Origin: Mobula hypostoma
Taxonomy: Eukaryota
Length of the DNA stretch: 64,000 bases
Assembly: GCF_963921235.1 (NCBI RefSeq)
Contig: NC_086107.1
Coordinates: 99,016,001 to 99,080,000, forward strand
Reading direction: 5' to 3'
The position numbers were made by a program, and so were the translations under genes. Below the pieces are notes generated by a model. That model searched no databases, had not been told where the DNA came from, and saw nothing but the letters and a program-made list of their open reading frames with translations. Of the stretch, positions 1 through 11,950 are shown piece by piece (positions within the stretch are counted from its first letter, which is position 1; every line of letters starts with the position of its first letter).

Positions 1-889
1 CGAGTCACACCCATCAGATCGTTACAAGGCGCATTGGTGCAGAACCTCCTCCACGACCAGGTTCAACACGTTGACGTCCTGTGGAGGCTTGCGTGCTTCA
101 AGGACCCCTCCGGGCGATGCCAGCTCAGGGCCACCCACGTTGGAACGGCTGTGGAGGAGATGCCAGGCGAAGATCGATCCAACCCCGGCTCCCGAACGGA
201 CGGACTCGCGCCTGCCCCTCCCGGGACACACTTCATCATGAATCAAGCCAACCTTCCAATATATGAACCCCCAGCTTGCCCCTGTGGTGCCCCCAAAAAA
301 GCCGGGACGTCCCCCACCTAGTCCAAACATGGCCTCTCAACCAAGATCCAAGGCGGCTTTGCCGCGGTCCATCGAAGCGGCCGCGAGTTGGACTTTGACA
401 AAAAAACAATTAGAAATGTGAAGAGAGAAAAAAAAAACCTGCCATTCGAAATAACAAGAGTGGAACCTGGGAAAGCAGTAACAATGCAGAATAAAGTGTA
501 ACAGCTACGGAGAAAGTGCAGTGCAGGCAGGCAATAAGGTGCAAGATCATAACAAGGTAGATTGTGAGATCAAAAGCCCATCTCTAGTACAAGAAGTCCG
601 TCCTGATGGCGGCGCGATAGAAGCTGTCTATCGGTCTGGTGGTACGTGCTTTTGCATCATCTTCCCGATGGGAGAGGGGAGAAGAGAGAGGGCGGGATCT
701 TTGATTATGCTGGCTGTTTTACCGAGACAGCGAGAAGCGTAAACAGAGTCCGTAGCGGGAAGGTTGCTGCTGTGATGGGCTGAGCGGTGTCCATAGCGCG
801 CAGAGCAGCTGGCATACCAAACTGTGATGTGTCCGGATAGGTGACGGCGCCTCGGTGCAACTGTTGAAGGTCATCCGGAATTTCTTCAC

Positions 890-2740
890 CCTCCTGAGGC
901 AGCTTGCTCTGCTGGGACACCGACACGCCTCACTTCGTTCAATCAGCGTCTCTCACTGACTTGATCTTCCAGCAGCACGAGTGAGTGAGTGTGTGTGTGT
1001 GTATGTCATAGTCATAGTCATACTTTATTGATCCCGGGGGAAATTGGTTTTCGTTACAGTTGCATCATAAATAATAAATAGTAATAAAACCATAAATAGT
1101 TAAATAGTAATATGTAAATATGCAAATTGTGCCAGGAAATAAATCCAGGACCAGCCTATTGGCTCAGGGTGTCTGACCCTCCAAGGGAGAAGTTGTAAAA
1201 TTTGATGGCCACAGGCAGGAATGACTTCCTATGACGTTCTGTGCTGCATCTCGGTGGAATGAGTCTCTGGCTGAATGTACTCCTGTGCCCAACCAGTACA
1301 TTATGTAGTGGATGGGAGACATTGTCCAAGGTGGCATGCAACTTGGACAGCATCCTCTTTTCAGACACCACCATCAGAGAGTCCAGTTCCGTTCCCACAA
1401 CATCACTGGCCTTACGAATGAGTTTGTTGATTCTGCTGGTGTCTGCTGCCCCAGCACACAACAGCAAACATGATAGCACTGACCACCACAGACTCATAGA
1501 ATATCCTCAGCATCGTCCGGCAGATGTTAAAGGACCTCAGTCTCCTCAGGAAATAGAGACGGCTCTGACCCTTCTTATAGACAGCCTCAGTGTTCTTTGA
1601 CCAGTCCAGTTTATTGTCAATTCGTATCCCCAGGTATTTGTAATCCTCCACCATGTCCACACTGACCCCCTGGATGGAAACAGGGGTCACTGGTACCTTA
1701 GCTCTCCTCAGGTCTACCACCAGCTCCTTAGTCTTTTTCACATTAAGCTGCAGATAATTCTGCTCACACCATCTGACAAAGTTTCCTACCGTAGCCCTGT
1801 ACTCAGCCTCATCTCCCTTGCTGATGCATCCAACTATGACAGAGTCATCAGGAAACTTCTGAAGATGACAAGACTCTGTGCAGTAGTTGAAGTCCGAGGT
1901 GTAAATAGTGAAGAGAAAGGGAGACAAGACAGTCCCCTGTGGAGTCCCAGTGCTGCTGATCACTCTGTCGGACACACAGTGTTGCAAGCACACGTACTGT
2001 GGTCTGCCAGTCAGGTAATCAAGAATCCATGACACCAGGAAAGCATCCACCTGCATCGCTGTCAGCTTCTCCCCCAGCAGAGCAGGGCGGATGGTGTTGA
2101 ACACACTGGAGAAGTCAAAAAACATGACCCTCACAGTGCTCGCTGGCTTGTCCAGGTGGGCGTAGGCACGGTTCAGCAGGTAGACGATGGCATCATCAAC
2201 TCCTGTGTGTGTGTGTGTGTGTGTGTACCTGGTAACAGCCCATAGATCAAAGTTCCCTCTGTTTCGCAGATGAGATGAACTGTGTCGAGATGGTAGCGCC
2301 AGTCAGGTTGGGGCGACGTTGGACAAACCTGTGATACTGTTGCGGTCCTTCCCGGGTATATGCAGAGACCCAGTTGAGAGACTGGACTGACGTGCTGGAG
2401 TGTCTGTGACCTCACTGAAGCCAGTGACTTCACCCGGACGCGGCGGCAGGGGACCAGTTGCCACGGCGCCAGAGCCCCCGCCGCCTGTAACTGGCGGGTC
2501 GGCAGGTGGCAGTGTGTTACAGCCGAACCCAGAAGCCCCGCACCGGGACCGGAGCTACTCCGCAGACTGCGTGATAGCCCAGAGGGAGTCCGGGCACGGT
2601 ATCTGCAGCCGTGAGACCTGCGGACAAACCCCGCTGCGTGCGGCACACTGAACCATGCCTCGAGGCTGGGTGCAGTCCCAAGACGGAAGGGCTGTGGAAC
2701 CATCGCAGACTGAGGGGTTGAAGTCTATGTTAGATATCCA
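890..2740 (-). mobile_element. Degenerate Tx1/L1-clade LINE ORF2 3' remnant, split by a Rex1-like insertion
   Basis: Minus-strand translation '...TLIYGLLPGTHTH' (~2210-2260) resumes on the other side of the insert as 'CCWKIKSVRDA...VSQQSKL' (~900-980). This resembles the C-terminus of Tx1-like ORF2 and the copies at 15053 and 33000. Confidence 0.55.
1005..2203 (-). mobile_element. 5'-truncated Rex1/Babar-like non-LTR retrotransposon (RT plus C-terminal region), frameshifted
   Basis: ORF 1412-2134 has FFDFSSVFNTI, QGTVLSPFLF, HLQKFPDD and KKGQSRLYFLRRL; it continues in ORF 1156-1497. 3' end has AATAAA and a (GACTAT)n tail. It has a 14-bp deletion between CTGCT repeats relative to the 17172 copy. 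Confidence 0.88.
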
Positions 2741-3859
2741 GCAACCCTAATCTCTGAGCACATTTATGTTTTTAAAAATATATAAATGAAGCGTAGTTTG
2801 ACATAGAAAAAAATTCAAAGTTCAGGGTGTTGGGGAGAGGTATGAAACCAGAGGCGCCGGGCCAAGGCAATTTCTGTTCGGCCCCTGACCACCGCCAATC
2901 TCCCGAAGTTCACTACACACCCACCCGTACCTCTGCATTTGAAGGGTAAGCATATAATTACTTTTGCATATAAAGGTCAAGCACTCCGAATACCCTGCCT
3001 GACCTTGCTGACATTGGCTGCCGGACTCCGTCGCAACTGACGGGGTCCTGTCTCTTTAGGCAATCGTTCTGTCATTCTCCATTGATCCAGCCTCTCCTGC
3101 TCTTGTTGAACCAGGACTCCCCAATCTTCTTTCCTCAAGGAGACTTCCCCGACTCGCCCTGAGTACAGCCAAACCTTCCCAGCGCAGCTTTCAACTCTGG
3201 AGGACCAGGACCAGGTTAAATTCCTGGATTCTGCCTTTGGTACTCTGGCCAGGATGTGTTGTCTCCCCCATTTGAGGGATCTTCCCTTTTATTATGCTGT
3301 GTTAGGGTGTATCTGTGACTGGTTAATGGCTCCTGTCAGCTCTGACCCAGTAGGCTGGAACTTACCTGCAACAATGATGTCATTACTGCGTTCACCCCTC
3401 TACCCTGACCTGCACGTATGGATACATGATTAGTGAAACACAGTCCTCGCCCCACAGGGCTACACACACAGGCCAGGGTGTTATGAGCCCTCTGGGTCAG
3501 TGCAGTGAACCGTAGAGCATTGGGCTTTTAGGTTTCTAGGGCAACCCTGTCTTTACTAGTGTCATTAAGCCCTTGTACTTTCTGTTTAATTTTGTTACTG
3601 ACTGGCACGGGCTTTCCACGTTCTGTGATTAATTAAGGTGGACTCCTGATAAGTGCTTATCGCGGGGTCCTTGTTTTGAGAATGATTCATCTCACAGTGT
3701 TGCTCGGTCGAGTCACTGATCTTCCATCGGAATTCCTATGTATAAACTCTTGCCACCATCTCTACATGGGAGTCTGTCATTCCTCCGCCCGGGTCCAGTT
3801 TTTGCCAACCGTCCCCAGTTTGAGCTCATTTCAAGGCGCCCCCTGTCTCCCAGAGGCAC

Positions 3860-4015
3860 ACGAGATTCTGCAGATGCTGCGAATTTGGAGCCACACACAC
3901 ATAGAATGCTGGAGGGCTCAGTGAGTCGGGCAGCATCTATGGAGGGAAATCAACAGTCGATGGTTTGGGCCAAGACCCATCATCAAGGCTCGGTGAAGCA
4001 TCCAACTCCAGATCT
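3860..4015. mobile_element. Penelope-like element terminal fragment
   Basis: GATTCTGCAGATGCTG...CACACACATAGAATGCTGGAGG...GCAGCATCTATGGAG matches the terminus attached to the GIY-YIG remnants at 6199, 7360 and 51190. Confidence 0.6.
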
Positions 4016-5025
4016 TTCCCAGGACCTTAACACATTCAGAGGACAATGGCCTGTCAAAACTGCCTGTCAAAATGGGATGGTACAGTAGTATGTCAACACA
4101 GAGTGAGATTTTAAGCATCTCCTGTGACTTGGCACCTAACCCAGTCCATTCACAGCAGCCTCCTGACCCCGTGTTTCATGAGGCTGCCAGACGTGGGTCA
4201 CCCAGTGATTTCAGGTCCTTTCCAAACCATCCAGTGATGGCTCACCACAAGAAACTGTCCATTACACAGGGGCCATTTCACCCCGGGTCTCTGAAAGAGT
4301 TCCTCAGTCCCATGATCAGACCCTCACACCTCCCTGGCACCGTGCTCTCGGTGTGCGACAACTTCTTGTGGGTGGGCAGTCAGGGTCTGGTTCCCCCCCC
4401 CCGTTCATTTCCCCCTGCCCACCCCCTCTCTGACCAGGCTTTCACCATCTGAGCCAGGCCAAGCATGACCTGATGTCTCAGTATTGAAGACAGAGTGTTA
4501 ATCCTGGTGTTTAATGGTCACCCCATGGTTTACTGGCCGGTGGCTCAGTCTCCATATTGGCCAAACACCTCCCCAGGATGTGATGCTGACCATCTCCTCA
4601 CCCCACCCACAGGAACTCTACACCTAGCCCCTCCCAATTCTTCATATTAAATAACTTCCTATATCCTCTCACACAGGTCCAGAAAACGCCTTGATTCTTT
4701 TGGTTGCAAAAGGCCAATTGATCGACCTTTCCAGGGGATGTGGGAGGAAGCAAGATTACCTGGTGGAAATTGGTCCATAAATTGGTAAATTGGTAGATTA
4801 TTGTCACAGGTACCGAGTTACAGTGAAAAACTTTGTTTTGTATCCCATTCGTACTGATCATTCGATCACATCAGGTGCATTGAGACAGTGCAAGAGCGGC
4901 AAACAATAACAGAATACAGAAAGAAGTGTTACAGTTACAGAGAAGGTGCAGTGCAGGTAGACAAGGTCATAACGAGGTAGGATGTGAGGTCAACAGTTCA
5001 TCTTATTGTACAAGGGGTCTGTTCA

Positions 5026-5342
5026 TATTTTTTATAGGGATCCGTTAGTCTCGTGAGACCATGGATTTGTGCCTTGGAAAGTTTCCAGGGCGCAGGCCTG
5101 GGCAAGGTTGTATGGAAGACCAGCAGTTGCCCATGCTGCAAGTCTCCCCTCTCCATGCCACCGATGTTGTCCAAGGGAAGGGCACTAGGACCCTCACAGC
5201 TTGGCACTGGTGTCGTCGCAGAGCAATGTGTGGTTAAGTGCCTTGCTCAAGGACAGAACGCGCTGCCCCAGCTGAGGCTTGAGCTAGCGACCTTCAGATC
5301 ACTAGACCGACGCCTTGACCACTTGGCCACACGCCAACACAA
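5026..5342 (-). mobile_element. tRNA-derived SINE (same family as 14215-14542)
   Basis: Minus strand: A box TGGCCAAGTGG, B box AGCTCAAGCC and a CORE-like GTCCTTGAGCAAGGCACTTAACC. Flanked by imperfect 10-bp direct repeats GGTCTGTTCA (5016-5025) and GGTCCGTTCA (5343-5352). Confidence 0.85.
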
Positions 5343-5479
5343 GGTCCGTTCAGTTCTCTTAAAGCAGTGCGATAGAAGCTCTCCCTGAGCCTGGGGGTAC
5401 ATGCTTTCAGGAATTCGTACCGACCGCCCAAAGGGAGGGGGAAGAAGAGAATTCAGAATCAGAATCGTAGATTCATGAG

Positions 5480-5742
5480 ACTCTGCAGGTGCTGGAAACC
5501 TTGAGCGCCACACACAGAATGATGGAGGAACACACACAAAGCGCTGGAGGAGTTCAGCAGGTCAGGCAGCATCTATGGATGGGAACAAACAGCCAATGTT
5601 TTGGGCCGGGATCCTTCATCAGGACTGGTGAAGATTCTTGGCCCGAAGCGTTGACTGTTTATTCCACACAATGATGCTGCCTGACCTGCTGAGCTCCTCC
5701 AGCACATTGTGTGTATTTCTCTAGATCTCCAGCATCTGCAGT
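5480..5742. mobile_element. Inverted pair of Penelope-like termini (palindromic non-autonomous unit)
   Basis: CTGCAG.TGCTGG...GCTGGAGGAGTTCAGCAGGTCAGGCAGCATC is mirrored by GATGCTGCCTGACCTGCTGAGCTCCTCCAGC...CCAGCATCTGCAG. Confidence 0.7.
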
Positions 5743-5754
5743 ACCTTTTGTGTC

Positions 5755-6935
5755 TGCAAAATGCTGGAGGGACTTCTCATGCTAGGCAGCATCCATGGAG
5801 GGGGACAAATAATTGATGTTTCAGGCTGAGACTCTTCATCAGGACTGGAAAGGGAGGGGGCAGAAGTCAGGATAAGAAGGTTTGAGGGTAGGGGAAGGAG
5901 GGCAAGCTGGTAGGTGATGAGTAACCCCAGTTGAGGGGAAAGGTGGGTGGGTGGGAGGGGAGGATGAAGTAAGAAACAGGGAGGGGATAGGTGGGAAAGG
6001 TAAAGGGCTGAAGAAGAGGGAATCTAATAGGAGAGGATAGTAGACCATGGAAGGAAGCGGGAAATCAGAGGCTGTTGATGGGCAGGTGAGGAATAGAAAA
6101 GGGGTGATAGGTTAACCAGAACAGAAAATGGGAACAGAGAGAAGGCAGAGGGGGAGAAATTATCGGAAGCTGGAGAAATTTATGCTCATGCTATCAGGTT
6201 GACCTCCCTCCAGTGTGTCCCCCCCTTCACTGATGAGACCCGAGAGAGATTGGAAGATTGCTTTGATGATCACCTTTGCTCTGTCCCCCGTAAAAGGCAG
6301 GGTCTCCTGGCGGCTATCCATTTCAATTTAACTTCCCACACCCATTTTGACATGTCTGTCCATGGCCGTGATGAGGCCAAACTCAGGTTGGAGGAGCGAC
6401 ACCTCATATTCTATTTGAGTGGCCTTCAACCTGATGGCATGAATATCAATTTCTCAAATTTCCAGTAAATGCTCGTCTTCTGTTCCTTACCCCTGTTTTT
6501 CCTTTTCTCCTCTCCTAATCCAGCTAGTCCCAATCACCCTATATATTTTCCCTCCCTCTCTTTCTCATTCTTCATCACCCGCCCACCCTTCCCACTAGTT
6601 TTCCTCCCCACCGATCCTCCCTTTATTCTGTGCCCCTTTGTCCTCTCCTATCAGATTCCATCGTCTTCAGCCCTTTGCCACTTCCACCTATCACCTCCCA
6701 CCTTCTGACCTCATTCCTACCTTTATCTGCCTGTCAACCCTCCTCCCTCAGCTGGACTCACCTAGTCTCTGTCAGTTCTTGCTCCACCCTTTCATCTACC
6801 TCTTCACACAGCCTGTCTCCCCCTTTCTTTCCATTCTGGGTGAAGGGTCTATGCTGACTGTCCATTTCCCTCCACAGATGCTGCCTGACTCATAGAGTTC
6901 TTCCTGCGCTTATCTGTTGCTCCAAGTTCCAGCAC
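5755..6935 (+). mobile_element. Penelope-like element remnant: inverted 5' segment, GIY-YIG endonuclease C-terminus and 3' UTR
   Basis: ORF 6199-6468 (ETRERLEDCFDDHLCSV...HFN...LRLEERHLIFYLSGLQPDGMNINFSNF) is typical of vertebrate PLE GIY-YIG ends. A pyrimidine-rich 3' UTR follows, and 5755-6200 is an inverted copy of that UTR. Confidence 0.8.
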
Positions 6936-6944
6936 TCGCATTGT

Positions 6945-8320
6945 AATGTCGCGCTCTGTAAAACTCTGGTTAGATCCCACTTGGAGTATTGTGTTCAGTT
7001 CTGGTCGCCTCCTTACAGGAAGGGTGTGGAAGCCTTAGAGGGGGTGCAGAGGAGATTTGCCAGGATCAGAGAGCATGTCTTATGAGGAGAGGTTGAGTGA
7101 GCCAGGGCTTTTCTCTTTGGAGCAAAGGAGGATGAGAGGTATATAAGATGATAAGAGGCATATACAGAGTGGACAGCCGGTATCCCTTTCCCAGGGCAGA
7201 AATGGCCAACACAACAGTGCATGATTTTAAAACCAGATACTTCAGGCAGATGGGGCTCATCGGCTGTGGTTGGCAGCTCATCTAGGAGAAGGAAAACTCT
7301 GATCTCAAATCTCCTTTGCCTTGTGGTTACACCCACTCATGGGGATGGCTTCAGAAGTAAATCCATTCTGATATGTCTATCCACGGCCTTCTCTACTGTC
7401 AAGATGAGGCCACACTCAGGTTGGAGGAACAACACCTTATATTCCGTCTGGGTAGCCTCCAACCTGATGACATGAACATTGACTTCTCTACCTTCCGTTA
7501 ATGCCCCACCTCCACCTCGTACCCCATCCGTTATTTATTTATTTGTTTGTTTGTTTGTTTGTTATTTTTTCCTTTTTTTCTCTCTTTTTTCTCTCTCTGT
7601 CCCTCTCACAATAACTCCTTGCCTGCTCTCCATCTTCCTCTGGGCTTCCCCCCTCCCCCTTTTCCTTCTCCCTGGGCATCCTTTCCCGTGATCCTCTCAT
7701 ATCCCTTTTGCCAATCACCTGTCCAGCTCTTGGCTCCATCCCTCCCCCTCCTGTCTTCTCCTATCATTTTGGATCTCCCCCTCCCCCTCCCACTTTCAAA
7801 TCTCTTACTAACTCTTCCTTCAGTTAGTCCTGACGTCGGCTGTGCTTCTTCCTATAGATGCTGCCTGGCCTGCTGCGTTCACCAGCATTTTGTGTGTGTT
7901 ACTCGGTCTTTGTTGTTCCTTTGGGTTCATCAGTTGCATGGAGAGTGGGAGAGGTTGCTACATGGGCAACAGCTTGCTCTCCATATCGTACTGCCCAGGC
8001 TTGCATATCTAGACAGCAAGGACACAACATCCACAGTCAATTCCGACCGACAGAGTCCTCAAGTATAAGATGATTGGGGGAAATGATGTCAGAAGTAGGT
8101 TTTTTACACAGAGAGTGGTAAGTGTGTGGAATGCAGGGCCTGGGGTGGTGAAGGGGCAGATACGTTTGGGAAATTTACAAGAATCTTAGATAGGCACGTG
8201 GATGAAAGGAAAATGGAGGTTATGTGTGAGGGAAGCACTAGGTTGATCTTAGAGTAGGTTTAAAGGTCGGTGCAAAGGCATGTGCTGAAGGGCCAGTACA
8301 GTTCTGTCTTGTTCCATGTT
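6945..8320 (+). mobile_element. Degenerate CR1 3' end with nested inserts (RTE-like ~7230-8070; Penelope-like ~7360-7900)
   Basis: LYKTLVRSHLEYCVQFWSP-type coding at 6955-7010, and CR1 sequence resumes at ~8075 (TTTTTTACACAGAGAGTGGT). The nested PLE encodes LRLEEQHLIFRLGSLQPDDMNIDFSTFR. Confidence 0.7.
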
Positions 8321-8504
8321 GAATGCAGTCTCTTTGCCTCTAAGCATTACATCGGCAAACTGGCACTGCCTCAGCGGGAGCATCAGCTGTACATCGTGCA
8401 AGTGGGCGCAGACCCCTCCTCAGCCAGCTTCCTGCAGTCCTGCTCACTGGGGATAATGCTCGGGGCTGTGACAATGGCAGGGCAGCCAATGTTGTCTACA
8501 CATG

Positions 8505-9030
8505 CCGTGGGAGTACGCAGAAAATCGGAAGCAGTGAGCTGGCTGTGTGCCCAGAGACCCGAGTTCTTTGGGCACAGAGCTCGCAAGAAGCAACGCAACG
8601 GACTTTTAACATCGTAAATCAGCGAGTTGTTTGTTATGTCTCCCCTCTCGCTGTGAAATGGAGACATCTCCTTTTCCCTTATTGGGGAAAAAGAGAGCCC
8701 GTGGTGTGTCGAATTACTGGGTGAACGAGTAGTCTTTGGGGTACTGCAAGTCTGTGTCTTTATTGATGCTTTGCTGCACACTTGAGTGCTCGGTTGGTGG
8801 GGGGGGCACTGATGCTTTTTTGCTGGTGGGGGGGTTTGTTGCTCTGCTGCTGCTTATGAGTGGGAGGGGGCAGCTGGGGGGGACTTTGGGGTTCTAACAT
8901 TAAACTGTCATTCATTCTTTGGGGCACTCCTCTATTTTTGTGGATGTTTGCGAGAAAAAAAAAGAATTTCAGCGTGTATATTGTACACATTTCTCTGACA
9001 TAAAATGTACCTTTGAAACCTTTGAAACAC
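8505..9030 (+). mobile_element. Unclassified non-autonomous retroposon with (CTTTGAAAC)2 tail
   Basis: Ends in ATAAAATGTACCTTTGAAACCTTTGAAAC, a short tandem 3' tail typical of CR1/L2-group retroposons. No coding motif seen. Confidence 0.45.
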
Positions 9031-9136
9031 GGACTTAACAAGGCCTTTGTCAAGGTCCAGAAAGGGAGGCTGGTCTGGAAGTTCAAAGTTCAAAGTAAAG
9101 AGTGTATATGTCACCATTAACCACACTGAGACTCAT

Positions 9137-9430
9137 TTTATTTATTTATTGAGGTACAGCACAGAATAGGCCTTTCTGGCACTTTGAGCCACACCGCCCA
9201 GTAACCCCCCCCCCACCCTGATTTAACCCGAGCCTGATCTCTGGACAATTTACAATGACCAATTAACCTACCAACCAGTACAACGCTGGTTAGTGGGAGG
9301 AAACTGAAGCGCCCGGAGGAAACCCACACGGTCACGAGGAGAACGTACTAACTCCTCGCAGCCAGCAGTGGGAAATGAACCAGGGTTGCTGGTGCTGTAA
9401 AACGTCGTGCTGACCACCGCGCTACCGTAG
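9137..9430 (-). mobile_element. HE1-like V-domain SINE
   Basis: Reverse complement contains the V-domain GTACGTTCTCTCCTCGTGACCGTGTGGGTTTCCTCCGGGCGCTTCAGTTTCCTCCCAC and ends in an (AAAT)n tail. Confidence 0.75.
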
Positions 9431-9597
9431 ACCAAAGAAACACAATAGAATCAGTGAAAAACTACACACAAACAAAGACTGACAAGCAACCAATGTGCGA
9501 AAGAAGACAAACCATGCAAATACTAACATTAACAAATAAATAAATGAGTAAATAATACTGAGAACATGAGTTGTTGAGTCCTTGAAAATGAGTTCAT

Positions 9598-10292
9598 AGG
9601 TTAGATTAGATTAGATTAGATTATGAGGACACTCAGTCCTCGTTTATTGTCATTTAGAAATGCATGCATTAAAAATGATACAATGTTCCTCCAGTAGATA
9701 TCACGGAAACACAAGACAGACCAAAACTAAAACTGACAAAAACCACATAATTATAACATATAGTTACAACAGTGCAAAGCAATACCGTAATTTGATAAAG
9801 AGCAGACCATGGGTACGGTAAAAAAAAGTCTCAAAGTCCCGATGGCCCCAACATCTCATGCAGATGGTAAAAGGGAGAAACTCTCCCTGCCATGAGCTTC
9901 CAGCGCCGCAAACTTGCTGATGCAGCATTCTGGAAGCTCCCGACCACAGTCCGACTCTGAGTCCGTCCGAAAACTTCGAGCCTCCGACCAGCCCTCCGAC
10001 ACCAAGCACCAAGCACCATCTCTGCCGAGCGCTTTGACCCCGGCCCTGGCCGCCAAGCTACAGGGCAAAGCCAAGGATTCGGGGCCTTCCCCTCCGGAGG
10101 TTTCGGATCACACAGTAGCAGCGGCAGCAAAGCGGGCATTTAAGAAATTTCACCAGATGTTCCTCCATGCTCTCACGTCTGCCTCCATCAAATCAGAATT
10201 GTGCCCAGCACCCTACTTGATAGATTACAGATATTCATCACCGGAGAGGCCGCGTGCATTGCATCACGCCACCATCTTCTCCTCCTCCCTCT
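9598..10292 (-). mobile_element. Non-autonomous LINE derivative with (TCTAA)n tail
   Basis: (TTAGA)4 tail at 9601-9620 and GC-rich 5' end GGAGAAGATGGTGGCG. Its 3' part is repeated on the + strand at ~48140-48315. Confidence 0.6.
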
Positions 10293-10304
10293 GACCTCAG
10301 TGCT

Positions 10305-11950
10305 CAGTGGTCAGTTCAGAGTTGAGGTGAGTGAAGTTATCCATGCTGGTTCAGGGCGTGATGGTTGAAGGGTAATAACTGTTCCTGAACCTGGAAATGT
10401 GGGACCTAAGGCTGCTGTATCTCCTTCCCGATGGCAGCAGAGAGAAGGGAGCATGGCCTGGATGATTGGGGTCCTTAATGATGGATGCTGCTTTCTAGTG
10501 TCAGTGGTCCTTGTAGATGTTCCCAGTGGTGGGGCGGACTTTCCCTGTGGTGGACTGGACTGAATCCACCACCTTTTGTTGGCTTTTTCATTCCTGGGCA
10601 CTGGTGCTTCCACGACAGGTCATGGTGCAACCAATCGGAATGCTCTCTACAGTGCATCTATAGAAGTTTGTCAAAGTTTCAGATGACCTGCTGAATCTGT
10701 GCAAACTTCTCAGAAAATAGAGGCACTGCTGAGCCTCCTATGAAATGGTACTTGCGTGCTGGTCCCAGGATAGACCCTCTGATACGATAACACCCAGGAA
10801 CTTAAAGTTACTGATCCTTTCTACTCTGATTCTCTATTTAGGACTGGCTCAGGAACCCCCAATTTCGTCCTCCTGTAGTCAATAATCAGCTCTTTGATTT
10901 TGCTTACATTGAGTGAGAGGTTATTGTTGTGGCACAATTTTGTGGCAACTAGATTTGCAATCTCCCTCTGACGTTCTGATTCATCAGCACCTTTGATTTA
11001 GCCAACAATACTGGTGCTGTCCACAATCAACTATGGCATTGGAGCTGTACTAAGCGTCACAGTAATGTACAAAGTGCGTAGAACAGGGGGAGAGGTGGTT
11101 AGCACACAGTCTTGTGCTGACGGTGATTATGGGGGAGATGTTCTTCCCAATGCAAACTGACTGGGGTCTGCAAGCGAGGACATCGAGGATCCGGTTGCAC
11201 AAGGAGGTATTGTCACCTAGGTGTTGGAGATCATTGATTAGTTTCGAGGGGACGATAATGTTGAATGCTGAGCTGTCGTTAATGAAGAGCATCCTGTTGT
11301 ATGCATCTTCATTGTCCAGGTGTTCCAGAGATGAGTGAAGAGCCGGTGAAATGGCGTCTGCCGTTGACCTGTTGTGATGGCAGGCAAGTTGGAGCAGATT
11401 AGATTAGACTAGATTCAACTTTATTGTCATTGTGCCGAGTACAGATACAAAGCCAATGAAATGCAGTTAGCATCTAACTAGAAATGCAAAGAATAGTGTT
11501 ATTTACAAAATGACTGTGAATAAAAAGTAAGTGCTACAGCCCACAAATGTAAAAGTACTGGGACAGTACAATATGGATGCAATACTGCTTCACGCTGTGA
11601 TGTGAGGTTCAGCAGGGTCACAGCCTCAGGGAAGAAGCTCTTCCTGTGCCTGCTGGTCAAGTCACTCCTCAAGCAGCAGTTGATATACTCCATGACCAAC
11701 CTCTCAAAGCACTTCATCACTGGATATACGTGCTGCTGAACCATAGTCGTCGAGGCAGGTTACCATGTTGTTGGGCACCGGTATAATTGAAGCCGGCTTG
11801 GAGCAGGTGGGTACCTCAGTCTGCCAAAGTTGAAGATATCAGCGAACACTCCAGCCAGTTGATCACTACTTGGCCAGGTACCCTGTCTGGGTCAGAAGCT
11901 TTCAGTGGGTTCACCTTCTCCCGTCGGCGTCAGAGACTGAAATCACAGGG
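10305..11950 (-). mobile_element. Degenerate Rex1/L2-group LINE RT region, with a nested (TCTAA)-tailed 3' fragment at ~11400-11655
   Basis: Fragments MKCFERLVMEYI (11499-11744) and [19 protein letters not shown] (11050-11292), plus downstream degenerate C-terminal ORFs. Confidence 0.7.

Noticed and set aside
1..390. CpG-rich stretch with overlapping ~100-aa ORFs
   Set aside because: No recognisable motif in any frame, and it is cut by the window edge; left unassigned.
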